Positions 19,561 to 28,848 of a DNA stretch of 64,000 nucleotides are shown here, in pieces. The position numbers and the translations under genes were made by a program. The stretch is from Candidatus Nomurabacteria bacterium RIFOXYD2_FULL_35_12 (GTDB taxonomy: Bacteria; Patescibacteriota; Minisyncoccia; Phycocordibacterales; UBA9973), in contig MFWK01000022.1 of assembly GCA_001786365.1 (NCBI GenBank), positions 15,087 through 79,086 on the forward strand, read 5' to 3'. Position 1 is the stretch's first letter. Every line of letters begins with the position of its first letter. The notes beneath the pieces were generated by a model. That model was not told the DNA's origin. It did no database searches and was given only the letters and a program-made list of their open reading frames with translations.

Positions 19561-20424
19561 ATGCAAATCAGAAAATTACCAAAAAGTAAATTTCCAAAGG
19601 CACTTTTGGAAATTCCTCAACCTCCGGAGAATCTCTGGATTATTGGAGAATTACCAACTGATAAAAATCTAATTTACTTGAGTGTCGTGGGTTCGCGCAA
19701 GTTTACCACCTATGGACGCGAAGCCTGTGAAAAAATAATTACCGGATTAAAAGGCTATCCTATAGTGATTGTTTCCGGTTTTGCTATGGGTATAGATACT
19801 ATTGCGCACAAAGCAGCAATGCGAGCCGGACTCAAAACAATGGTTTTCCCCGGTTCCGGACTTTCTGATAAAGCAATCTATCCAAAAACAAATGTACAAC
19901 TAATGCGTGAAGTTGTAGAAAATGGCGGATGCCTTCTATCAGAATTTGAACCGGATTTTATGGCAACACAATGGGGTTTCCCGATGAGAAATAGATTGAT
20001 GGCAGGAATCTCAAAAGCTGTACTCATAATAGAAGCGGAAGAAAGGTCTGGCACCCTCATTACCGCTCGACTAACTACAGAATACAACAGAGATTTATTA
20101 GTTGTGCCTGGATCAATTTTTTCTTCAAATTCAAATGGAACAAATAGATTATTAAAACAAGGAGCAACGCCTGTCGCCAATTCCGAAGACGTTTTAGAAG
20201 CGCTTGGTTTTGAATTACCAAAAGATGAAGAAAAACAAAAAAAGCTTTTTGCTGATTTATCACCGGAGGAGAAAAAAATTGTAGCCCTACTTCGTGAACC
20301 AATACCTCGAGATGATTTAATTCGAGAAATGAAGATACCAATACCTACTGCAAATGCCATGCTGACTGTGATGGAAATCAAAGGACTAATCAAGGAAGAA
20401 ATGGGTGAAGTGAGACTCATATAA
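19561..20424 (+). CDS. dprA: DNA processing protein DprA/Smf
   Basis: 287 aa. VVGSRKFTTYGRE...IVSGFAMGIDTIAHKAAMRAG Rossmann-like DprA core. Confidence 0.85.
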   Translation: MQIRKLPKSKFPKALLEIPQPPENLWIIGELPTDKNLIYLSVVGSRKFTTYGREACEKIITGLKGYPIVIVSGFAMGIDTIAHKAAMRAGLKTMVFPGSGLSDKAIYPKTNVQLMREVVENGGCLLSEFEPDFMATQWGFPMRNRLMAGISKAVLIIEAEERSGTLITARLTTEYNRDLLVVPGSIFSSNSNGTNRLLKQGATPVANSEDVLEALGFELPKDEEKQKKLFADLSPEEKKIVALLREPIPRDDLIREMKIPIPTANAMLTVMEIKGLIKEEMGEVRLI

Positions 20425-20468
20425 TTTGCATTGTAAAACTATTTCGTGTAATACTGTGTGAAATGAAT

Positions 20469-20584
20469 CCCGTTAGAAGTCGCGGTCGCGAATTTTATTT
20501 GGGATAATTGTATAAATTGTTTATTAAATTAATTAGCGGGGATAGGTTTTTCAAAAGAAAGACCGCGACCTGCTTCTAAGCGGG
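20469..20584. repeat. Family A MITE-like element, copy A1 (TIRs CCCGTTAGAAG...CTTCTAAGCGGG)
   Basis: cccgttagaagtcgcggtc at 20469.. and gaccgcgacctgcttctaagcggg at ..20584 are imperfect inverted repeats about 75 nt apart. The right end directly abuts the topA ATG (20585). Confidence 0.75.
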
Positions 20585-22870
20585 ATGAAATTATTAATTG
20601 TTGAGTCACCATCAAAAGCAAAAACAATCGAGAAATACTTGTCCGCCGATTCAGGGGCGGATCGAGATCATTTTACTGTGCGTGCATCGGTGGGACACAT
20701 TCGCGATTTACCGAAATCAAATAAAATAGCAATAGACATAGAAGCAGGCTTTGTCCCCCATTATGAAATTTCAAAAGGAAAAGAAAAAATTGTTCACGAA
20801 TTGCAAAGCTTGGCTGAAAAAGCGACTGAAATATTACTAGCGACAGACCCCGACCGTGAAGGAGAAGCTATCGCTTGGCATATAGAAACTCTTTTAAAGG
20901 CTGATAAAAAAGTGGAAGCTCCTATTAAGCGAGTGACTTTTCATGAAATCACCAAAGAAGCAGTTCTCGAAGCCATAGAACATCCTCGCAAGATTGATAC
21001 AGCCTTACGCAAAGCCCAAGAAGCGCGTAGAGTCTTGGATCGTCTTGTAGGCTATGACCTTTCTGGTTTAATTTGGAAAAAGGTTCGTTATGGACTTTCT
21101 GCCGGGCGTGTTCAATCCCCTGCGCTTCGCATAATCATGGAACGTGAGCGTGAGATACGAGCATTCGTGCCGGAAAAATTCTGGAAGCTTTTAGGATTAT
21201 TTGAAACTGTTAAAAAAGAAAAAATAACTTTAGAATGTTCAGAAGAACCAAGAGACAGAAAACTTGTAGACAAAATACTTGAAAATGGTAAAAAGGGAAC
21301 TTGGATAATTAACAACGTAAAAGAATCCGAACAGAAACGTTCCCCTCGCGCACCTTTTACTACTTCTACCTTGCAACAAACTGCTAGCTCTCGACTCGGC
21401 TACTCGCCTTCCCGCACAATGCAGATAGCGCAGAAACTTTATGAAGCCGGACATATCACATATATGCGAACCGATAGCACAAACCTTTCCGCTATAGCGC
21501 AAGGACAAATTGTTTCTTTTATTAAAAATAAATATGGAAAAGAATATGCAGAAGGAAGAATTTATAAAACTAAATCAAAAAATGCGCAGGAAGCCCATGA
21601 AGCAATTCGCCCTACACATATAGACAAACTTATCGCTGGGACTGAAGACCAAGATAGGTTATATAGATTAATATGGGAACGAGCTATTTCTTCCCAAATG
21701 ACTGACGCAAAGTTATTAAAAACAAAAATTTCTGCAATTATTAAAGATCACGAAGATTTACCAAACTTTTCTGCTAACGGCTCCCGTTTACTTTTCCCTG
21801 GATGGCTCAAAGTAGATGCTGATGCTCGTGGCGATGATGTAGAATTACCTAAATGTAATGTCGGAGAAGAATTAAAACTGATAAATCTTTCAAGTGAAGA
21901 AAAATTTACTGAACCTCCAGATAGATATAGCGAAGCAGGCCTTGTCAAAGAATTAGAAGCTAGAGGAATCGGAAGACCATCCACCTATGCGTCTATTATG
22001 AGAACAATAGAAGACAGGGGCTATGTAAACAAAGAAGGAAAAACATTATTCCCTACTGATGTTGGCGAAGTTGTTTCTGATTTCTTAGAAAAACATTTTA
22101 TGAATTACATCTCCGATAGCTTTACGGCAGAGATGGAAGATGAACTCGATGAAATCTCTCGAGGTGAACGTGAATATGAGAAAACATTGAAAGATTTCTA
22201 TGGACCATTCTTAAAAGATGTAAAATCAAAAGAAAAACTAGAAAAAGCTACAAATTTGGGTGATGCTCCAGAAAATATAAAATGTCCAAAATGTAGATCA
22301 ACTATGATTATAAAACTCTCACGCGGAGGGAAATTTTACTCTTGTTCAAAATATCCGGATTGTGATGGAGCCTTGATGCTCGATGGAACAGAATTAAAAG
22401 GACCAGAAGAAACTGGAGAAAAATGTCCTGAATGTGGCGACCCCGAAGGAAAACAAACTTCCAACGGGGCAGGGGAAAAAGGAAAATCTAAATCAAAAGG
22501 AGGTGTGTTAGTTATTAGACAGAGACGAGATGGCACCGGTACTTTTATTTCTTGCTCGCGTTATCCAAAATGTAAATTTATAAAAAGTGACAAAGCAGAC
22601 GAAGAAAAAAAGAAAACGGGTGTACTTTGCCCTATTTGTAAAACTGGAGACATCAGCGAGCGTCGTGGACGATTCGGAATTTTTTATTCCTGTTCAAATT
22701 ATCCAAAATGCAAATTTGCCATAAAAGCAAAACCAACAGGTAAAATATGTAAAGAATGCGGAAGCTTGATGATGGAAGGCACAAAAACCATTCCCGAAAG
22801 ATGCAGTAATAAATCTTGCCCTCAACACAATCCACATAAATTACTCAAGAAAGGTTTAAGCATTGAGTAA
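20585..22870 (+). CDS. topA: DNA topoisomerase I with C-terminal Cys4 zinc ribbons
   Basis: 761 aa. Toprim MKLLIVESPSKAKTIEKYL...TDPDREGE; at least four C-terminal CxxC...CxxC ribbons. Confidence 0.9.
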   Translation: MKLLIVESPSKAKTIEKYLSADSGADRDHFTVRASVGHIRDLPKSNKIAIDIEAGFVPHYEISKGKEKIVHELQSLAEKATEILLATDPDREGEAIAWHIETLLKADKKVEAPIKRVTFHEITKEAVLEAIEHPRKIDTALRKAQEARRVLDRLVGYDLSGLIWKKVRYGLSAGRVQSPALRIIMEREREIRAFVPEKFWKLLGLFETVKKEKITLECSEEPRDRKLVDKILENGKKGTWIINNVKESEQKRSPRAPFTTSTLQQTASSRLGYSPSRTMQIAQKLYEAGHITYMRTDSTNLSAIAQGQIVSFIKNKYGKEYAEGRIYKTKSKNAQEAHEAIRPTHIDKLIAGTEDQDRLYRLIWERAISSQMTDAKLLKTKISAIIKDHEDLPNFSANGSRLLFPGWLKVDADARGDDVELPKCNVGEELKLINLSSEEKFTEPPDRYSEAGLVKELEARGIGRPSTYASIMRTIEDRGYVNKEGKTLFPTDVGEVVSDFLEKHFMNYISDSFTAEMEDELDEISRGEREYEKTLKDFYGPFLKDVKSKEKLEKATNLGDAPENIKCPKCRSTMIIKLSRGGKFYSCSKYPDCDGALMLDGTELKGPEETGEKCPECGDPEGKQTSNGAGEKGKSKSKGGVLVIRQRRDGTGTFISCSRYPKCKFIKSDKADEEKKKTGVLCPICKTGDISERRGRFGIFYSCSNYPKCKFAIKAKPTGKICKECGSLMMEGTKTIPERCSNKSCPQHNPHKLLKKGLSIE

Positions 22871-22924
22871 AACTCAATATTAAAAAAAATTGAAGCTTAG
22901 CCCACCTTGGGCTATAATGCCTTT

Positions 22925-24394
22925 ATGGCAAATGTTAAGGAAGTAATAAACCTTATTTCTGGAGGAATAAGTAAAAAGGAGAAAGAACTTATAGAAAAAG
23001 CCTATAAATATGCAGAAGATGCGCATGAAGGTCAAAAAAGATTAAGCGGAGATCCATATTTTATTCACCCCTTTGAAACTGCAAAGATTTTAGCTTCACT
23101 CGGAATGGATACCCAAACTATCGTGGGTGGATTTTTACATGATATTTTAGAGGATACAAAAATTACAGAGAAAAATGTAGAAGAAGAATTTGGTTCTGAA
23201 GTATTATTTTTGGTTAAAGGCGCGACAAATTTAGGTAAATTAAAATATCGAGGACGAGAAAGATATGTAGAAAGTTTGAGAAAATTTTTCTTTGCGATGG
23301 CAAAAGATCTACGTGTAGTTATAATAAAATTTGCAGACAGACTTCATAATTTAAGAACATTACAATATCAAAGAGAAGACAAAAGGAAAAGAATTGCCAT
23401 AGAATCTATTGAAGTTTATGCTCCACTTGCAAACCGTCTTGGAATGGGAAAACTAAAAGGCCAATTAGAAGATGCCGCTTTTCCATATGCTTATCCAAAA
23501 GAATATGCGCAAACTGAAGAAATAATAAAAGAAAAAAAAGATTTATATAAAAAAAATCTATCTGAAATACAAAAACAACTTGAAAAAGAACTACTAAAAA
23601 ATAAAGTGAAAATAATTGAGGTAGACCACAGAATGAAACGCAAATATAGTTTATGGAAAAAACTTGTAAAACGTGAAATGGATTTAGAGAAAGTATATGA
23701 CATAATTGCCTTACGTATCGTGCTCGAAACTGTGGAAGACTGTTATAAAGTGCTCGGAATAATTCATTCTATTTGGAATCCATTACCCGGAAGAATAAAA
23801 GATTATATAGCTCTTCCAAAGCCAAATGGCTATCGTTCCATTCACACTACAATCTTTACCGGTTCAGGTGATGCGGCTGAAATCCAAATAAGAACGAAAG
23901 AAATGCATGCCGAAGCGGCGCATGGCATTGTCGCGCATTTTGCTTACAAAGAAGATAAAGAAAAAAAAGTTAAAAACGACAAATTAAAATTTAAGTGGCT
24001 TGAAGAACTAAAAGAAATAAACTATACACCGAGTGAACCTCAAAAATTTCTAGAGCATTTAAAAACAGATTTCTTTAATGACCGTATTTTTGTCTTTACT
24101 CCCGAAGGAGATGTCATAGATCTACCTGAAGATTCGAGTCCTATAGATTTTGCTTATTCAATACATTCAGCTATTGGAGACCATATTTCTGGCGCAAAAA
24201 TTAATGGAAAGATGAGTCAAATTTATTCAAAATTAAAAAATAGAGATATTGTGGAAATAATTAAGAAAAAAGATGCTCACCCATCAGGAAAATGGCTCGA
24301 ATATGTGAAAACAACCATTGCAAAAAAACATATAAAGTCATATTTAGAAAAAAATAATCTAGCAAACAAGCTTAAATCTTTTGGTAAATCTTAA
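22925..24394 (+). CDS. Small bifunctional (p)ppGpp synthetase/hydrolase (Rel/SpoT homolog; HD + synthetase domains, no TGS/ACT)
   Basis: HD motif HPFETAKILASLGMDTQTIVGGFLHDILEDT. Synthetase motif DIIALRIVLE...YRSIHTTI. The ORF track starts at TTG 22907; the in-frame ATG at 22925 is preceded by TATAAT. Confidence 0.8.
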   Translation: MANVKEVINLISGGISKKEKELIEKAYKYAEDAHEGQKRLSGDPYFIHPFETAKILASLGMDTQTIVGGFLHDILEDTKITEKNVEEEFGSEVLFLVKGATNLGKLKYRGRERYVESLRKFFFAMAKDLRVVIIKFADRLHNLRTLQYQREDKRKRIAIESIEVYAPLANRLGMGKLKGQLEDAAFPYAYPKEYAQTEEIIKEKKDLYKKNLSEIQKQLEKELLKNKVKIIEVDHRMKRKYSLWKKLVKREMDLEKVYDIIALRIVLETVEDCYKVLGIIHSIWNPLPGRIKDYIALPKPNGYRSIHTTIFTGSGDAAEIQIRTKEMHAEAAHGIVAHFAYKEDKEKKVKNDKLKFKWLEELKEINYTPSEPQKFLEHLKTDFFNDRIFVFTPEGDVIDLPEDSSPIDFAYSIHSAIGDHISGAKINGKMSQIYSKLKNRDIVEIIKKKDAHPSGKWLEYVKTTIAKKHIKSYLEKNNLANKLKSFGKS

Positions 24395-24395
24395 A

Positions 24396-25391
24396 CTATA
24401 AACTGAAATTTGAGATGTTGTATAAATCTACATCATCTTCTTTTTTTTCTTCATTAGATCTGTCGTCTAAAAGTGCATTTTCTGTTTTTTGATCAGTTTC
24501 ATTTACTGCCTGTGAAGATAAATTTGCAATATGGTTTTCCAACATGTCATTTGGCTTTTTTTCACTATTTGATTTTTGTATTAAATCTAAAATAGCGCGA
24601 AGGTCTTCAGTAGAAAAATAATCGATTTTAATTTGCCCGCCAAGCTCTTTTCTATCTATATGCACTCTGGTGCCCAATTTTTCTTGAAATTCTTCTTCTA
24701 ATTCTACTATTTCTGGATCCGGCATAAATTCTTTCTTGCGAACTCTATCAAAAGCTATTTTTCTAGCCAACCTCTCTGCTTCTCTAACTGTAATTTTCTT
24801 AAAAACAATTTCTTTAAAGAGCACTAATTGCTCTTCGGGATGATCAGCGAGCATTAAAATAGGCCTAGTGTGACCTTCGGTAATCTTGCCATCTCTTAGA
24901 CCAGTCAAAATTTCTTCCGGTAAAGTCAAAATACGCAAGGAATTTGAAACATATTCCCTACTTCTACCCATTTTCTTCGCAATTTCATTATGCGTAAACT
25001 TAAACTCGCTAGCTAAGCGAAAAAAAGCTCGAGCACGATCAACTACATTTAAATCTTCTCGTTGTAAATTTTCAATAATAGCTAATTCTAGCTTCATTAT
25101 AGCTGTATCTCCAGTTCGGATTATCACAGGCACTTGTGAGACATGAGCCAAAATAGCTGCACGAAGTCTACGTTCTCCGGCAATGAGTTCATATTCAGTA
25201 AGTAAACCACCTCCTTCTTTTTCCACTTCTACTCTAGAAACTGTGAGGGGTTGGAGCACTCCGTATTGTTTTATGGAATCCGCTAAATCTTGTAAACGTA
25301 CTTCATCAAAATCCCGTCTAGGCTGATAAGGGTTTGGTTTTATTTTATCGGTGTCAACCCAAAAAATTGAATTTGAATATAAATTAGACAT
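24396..25391 (-). CDS. parB: ParB/Spo0J-family partition / nucleoid-occlusion protein
   Basis: 331 aa. ParB box YELIAGERRLRAA and N-terminal KPNPYQPRRDF...LADSIKQYGVLQPLTV. Confidence 0.8.
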   Translation of the reverse strand: MSNLYSNSIFWVDTDKIKPNPYQPRRDFDEVRLQDLADSIKQYGVLQPLTVSRVEVEKEGGGLLTEYELIAGERRLRAAILAHVSQVPVIIRTGDTAIMKLELAIIENLQREDLNVVDRARAFFRLASEFKFTHNEIAKKMGRSREYVSNSLRILTLPEEILTGLRDGKITEGHTRPILMLADHPEEQLVLFKEIVFKKITVREAERLARKIAFDRVRKKEFMPDPEIVELEEEFQEKLGTRVHIDRKELGGQIKIDYFSTEDLRAILDLIQKSNSEKKPNDMLENHIANLSSQAVNETDQKTENALLDDRSNEEKKEDDVDLYNISNFSL

Positions 25392-25465
25392 ACAATTATT
25401 TTAGCATATTTTTTTTATTTGCAATAATTGATTTCAGCTTGATTTTCTAGTATATTAAATAAATT

Positions 25466-25549
25466 GCCGGGGTGGCGAAATTGGTAACCGCAATTGACTC
25501 AAAATCAATCGGGGGCAACCCCTTGGGAGTTCGAGTCTCCCCCCCGGCA
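25466..25549 (+). tRNA. tRNA-Leu (anticodon CAA), long variable arm
   Basis: GCCGGGGTGGCGAAATTGGTAACCGCAATTGACTCAAAATCAATCGGGGGCAACCCCTTGGGAGTTCGAGTCTCCCCCCCGGCA. 7-bp acceptor stem, anticodon loop CTCAAAA, extra arm GGGGGCAACCCC, T-loop TTCGAGT. Confidence 0.8.
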
Positions 25550-25608
25550 CTAAGTTGGTATTTATAACAAAAAAAATAAGAAGGACTTATCCACAGCCTA
25601 TTTGCATT

Positions 25609-25624
25609 ATCTCATATATGAGAT
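25609..25624. promoter_or_regulatory. Perfect 16-bp palindrome ATCTCATATATGAGAT just upstream of the HTH-MurA gene (candidate operator)
   Basis: The sequence is its own reverse complement. It ends about 12 nt upstream of the ATG of an ORF whose N-terminus is an XRE-type HTH. Confidence 0.4.
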
Positions 25625-25636
25625 ATACTATTGAAT

Positions 25637-27154
25637 ATGAAAAAAGAGACTGAACAACAAAAGATAGGCTACTTTATAAAAGAGCTCCGCGAGCATCGCG
25701 GAATGACTCAAGAAGAATTTGCTAAAGCACTCAATACTTCTCAAAGTTCTGTCCCCCGAATGGAAAAAGGAGAACAAAATTTCACCACTGAATTACTTTT
25801 TAAAATAAGCAACGTCCTAAACCATCAAATAGTTTCTATAAATGATTCTATTGATTTCCAAGTAAATGGAGGAAAGAAATTAAGTGGAACCATAAAAACA
25901 AACTTTTCAAAAAATGGTTCAGTGGGACTTTTGTGTGCATCTTTATTAAATAGTGGAATAACGACTCTACATGGCATCGCACGAATTGAAGAAGTTTATC
26001 GAGTAATTGAAATTTTAGAAAGTATTGGAGTTACCATCAAATGGCTCGATCATAATACTTTAACTATAACGCCTCCAAAAAAATTCACTCTAGAAAATAT
26101 AAATATAGAATCAGCAATAAAGACACGTTCAGTTGTTATGCTAATAGGACCGCTCATTCACAAATTATCATCTTTCTCTATTCCCCATCCACATGGCTGT
26201 AATCTAGGTAGACGCACTATCGCTGCTCATATTTATGCTTTAGAAAATTTCGGAGTAAAGATAAAAACAACTAGTGTAAATTATGAAATTAAAGCCAAAA
26301 AATTAAAACCAACAGAGATAGTAATGTACGAATCCGGAGACACAGCCTGCGAAAATGTTTTGACGGCTTCTGCCCTTATCCCTGGTATCACGAAAATAAA
26401 TTTTGCTAGTGCAAATTATATGGTGCAGGAAGTATGCTTTTTCCTTGAAGCTTTGGGTGTAAAGATTGATGGCATCGGTACTGCATCACTAACCATTCAT
26501 GGAATTTCTGAAATAAATAAAAATATTGAATATTGGAATAGTGAAGACCCAATAGAATCAATGATGTTTATTTCTGCCGGAATTATTACTGACTCAAAAA
26601 TCACAATAACACGCTCCCCGATTGATTTCCTATCTCTTGAATTAGAAAAATTAAAGAGAATGAATTTGAAATATAAACTTTCAAAAGTCTATTATTCATA
26701 CAACGGTAGAACAAGACTTATAGATATAGAAATCTTTCCAAGTAAATTAAAAGCGTTAAATGACAAACTTCACTCAAATCCTTATCCTGGAATAAATATA
26801 GACAATTTACCCTTTTTTGTACCGATTGCCATAAAAGCCAAAGGTCAAACAATGATTCACGACTGGGTTTATGAAAATAGAGCAATATATTTAACTGAAT
26901 TGAACCGTCTAGGAGCAGATATAACTCTAGCTGACCCGCATCGCCTCTATATCAATGGTGGAACATCACTAAAGGCAGCACAAATTGTTTGTCCTCCAGC
27001 CCTACGCCCATCTATGGTTATACTCATCTCAATGCTTGGAGCTAGTGGAACCTCAATTCTACGAAATGTTTATATGATAAATCGCGGATATGAAGAGATA
27101 GCTGGACGTTTAAATTCTATTGGTGCTGACATAAAAATAATCAAGGGGAATTAA
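25637..27154 (+). CDS. murA: UDP-N-acetylglucosamine 1-carboxyvinyltransferase fused to an N-terminal XRE-family HTH domain
   Basis: HTH: IGYFIKELREHRGMTQEEFAKALNTSQSSVPRMEKG. MurA core from ~residue 73: FQVNGGKKLSGTIKTNFSKNGSVGLLCASLLNSGITTLHGIARIEEV... Both lie in one uninterrupted frame. The ORF track starts at TTG 25631; the ATG is at 25637. Confidence 0.8.
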   Translation: MKKETEQQKIGYFIKELREHRGMTQEEFAKALNTSQSSVPRMEKGEQNFTTELLFKISNVLNHQIVSINDSIDFQVNGGKKLSGTIKTNFSKNGSVGLLCASLLNSGITTLHGIARIEEVYRVIEILESIGVTIKWLDHNTLTITPPKKFTLENINIESAIKTRSVVMLIGPLIHKLSSFSIPHPHGCNLGRRTIAAHIYALENFGVKIKTTSVNYEIKAKKLKPTEIVMYESGDTACENVLTASALIPGITKINFASANYMVQEVCFFLEALGVKIDGIGTASLTIHGISEINKNIEYWNSEDPIESMMFISAGIITDSKITITRSPIDFLSLELEKLKRMNLKYKLSKVYYSYNGRTRLIDIEIFPSKLKALNDKLHSNPYPGINIDNLPFFVPIAIKAKGQTMIHDWVYENRAIYLTELNRLGADITLADPHRLYINGGTSLKAAQIVCPPALRPSMVILISMLGASGTSILRNVYMINRGYEEIAGRLNSIGADIKIIKGN

Positions 27155-28003
27155 ATGCAAAAAGAAAAAATTATCATCATTCTAGGCCAAACTGCCACTG
27201 GTAAAAGTAATTTGGCTGTAAAAATCGCCAAAAAAATAAACGGAGAAATTATCTCCGCAGACTCAAGACAAGTCTATGTAGGGCTTGATATAGGCACCGG
27301 CAAAATTACACAAAAAGAAATGAAAGGAATTCCCCATCATTTAATTGATATCGTAAAACCAAAAAATAAATTTACAGTCGCAGAGTATAAAAAATTAGCA
27401 GAAGAAAAAATAAAAGAAATAATTTCTCGTGATAAAACACCAATTATCTGCGGAGGCACAGGATTCTATATTGATGCTATCACCAAAGGTGTCATTTTTC
27501 CGAAAGTTCCACCAAATTCTAAATTAAGAAAAATTTTAGAGAAAAAATCTACAGAACAATTATTAAAAATATTAAAAAAATTAGATCCCACAAGAGCAAA
27601 AAATATAGATTCAAAAAATAAAGTCAGACTAATTAGGGCAATTGAAATAGCTAAAGCTCTCGGTAAAGTCCCGAAAATTACAGCGGTGAAACCGCTGTAT
27701 AAATTTATAAAGATTGGTTTATATCTGCCACAAGATAAATTAAAGAAGAAAGTAGAAAAAAGAGTTAAAAAAATGTTTACCGATGGTTTACTGAATGAAA
27801 TTAAAAAGCTTAAAAAAGCCAGTATATCCCAAAAAAGGCTTTCTGAGCTAGGTTTTGAATATAACAATCCTACTTATGAAAAAGTAGTCAGAGGGACTCT
27901 ACAATATGCCAAGCACCAGATGCAATGGTTTAAACGCGATAAAGAAATAAAATGGTTTGATGCGTCAAAGAAAATATTTGACATAATTATGATGAAGTTG
28001 TAA
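27155..28003 (+). CDS. miaA: tRNA dimethylallyltransferase
   Basis: 282 aa. P-loop IIIILGQTATGKSNLAVKIAKK, SADSRQVYVGLDIGTGK. Confidence 0.85.
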   Translation: MQKEKIIIILGQTATGKSNLAVKIAKKINGEIISADSRQVYVGLDIGTGKITQKEMKGIPHHLIDIVKPKNKFTVAEYKKLAEEKIKEIISRDKTPIICGGTGFYIDAITKGVIFPKVPPNSKLRKILEKKSTEQLLKILKKLDPTRAKNIDSKNKVRLIRAIEIAKALGKVPKITAVKPLYKFIKIGLYLPQDKLKKKVEKRVKKMFTDGLLNEIKKLKKASISQKRLSELGFEYNNPTYEKVVRGTLQYAKHQMQWFKRDKEIKWFDASKKIFDIIMMKL

Positions 28004-28093
28004 GGTTTCCAAAGAACCAAACGCGTGAAAACGGATACGTCCGACACGCATGCACATAACAACGCCGCCTTAAAAACGGCACAATAGAGGAGA

Positions 28094-28795
28094 TTGAAAA
28101 TGGACACGTCCATCAATCATCAAGATAGTTGCAAAGAAGGATTGGGAGAACAACAACGAAACAAGAGAACCATCATAACGACTGTCCTTGTAGAGGACTT
28201 TCTTTTTGACGGAGGACAAGGAGTCGATGCGGATCGTCTGTCACCAGAAACGAAAATTAAGGTGATCAAACGTGTTCTCGCAGAATCGAAGCCTTATCTC
28301 AAATACATGTTCGCTCACACACTTCGTGACGACCCCACATTGCTCAAAGCAGTTGGCGGGGATTGGAACGAGAGAAGCATGTGTTCTAATGTGTGGAACT
28401 CAGGAGTAGACTTGTGCTGGGAGACGAGAATTGGCTATCTGTTTGGATCCAAACGACAATCCCTGTATTCACCGGAGATGGCTCAAAAGACACCAGATCG
28501 AGATGAGTGGGTTAAGTCGCTGTTCTTCATCTCAGACAAGGGCTGTCTCGTTGAGGTAAAGCTCGTGTCAAAGATATCAAAAGGATTCCTCATTGAATAT
28601 CCATGCTTGATGGAGGCTAAAATGCTCACTGATGAGAGGCTCACCGAGCTTTTTGTTAGTCACGAGTTCTTTTTCCAGGGTTTACTGGAATGCATCGAAG
28701 CCCACTACACCGCTCGTATAAGTGACCAGGAAGCTCGAGCGAATAACATGCGCCGAAACAGAACGAACATCAGGAGGATTCTTTCTCTGGTTTAA
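28094..28795 (+). CDS. Hypothetical protein encoded in a GC-rich island
   Basis: 233 aa ORF with a GGAG RBS 8 nt upstream and a rho-independent terminator downstream. Local GC is near 48% against a ~30% background. No recognisable domain. Confidence 0.4.
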   Translation: MKMDTSINHQDSCKEGLGEQQRNKRTIITTVLVEDFLFDGGQGVDADRLSPETKIKVIKRVLAESKPYLKYMFAHTLRDDPTLLKAVGGDWNERSMCSNVWNSGVDLCWETRIGYLFGSKRQSLYSPEMAQKTPDRDEWVKSLFFISDKGCLVEVKLVSKISKGFLIEYPCLMEAKMLTDERLTELFVSHEFFFQGLLECIEAHYTARISDQEARANNMRRNRTNIRRILSLV

Positions 28796-28819
28796 TCAGT
28801 AAAAAACCGCTCAACAACT

Positions 28820-28848
28820 TAGACCGTTGGAGGGCGGTCTTTGTTTTT
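28820..28848 (+). terminator. Rho-independent terminator (AGACCGTTGGAGGGCGGTCT + TTGTTTTTT)
   Basis: 6-bp GC stem, 8-nt loop, U-tract. Directly 3' of the 28094..28795 gene and next to the convergent aldehyde dehydrogenase stop. Confidence 0.6.

Noticed and set aside
19878-20420. 180-aa and 88-aa minus-strand ORFs antisense to dprA (the same pattern holds for 2239..3891, 21112..22835, 29311..30618, 43693..44324, 46031..47345, 48944..49411, 51622..52214, 56663..57578 and similar)
   Set aside because: They are embedded in and antisense to well-supported housekeeping genes, low-complexity, without RBS or context. Typical spurious six-frame ORFs.
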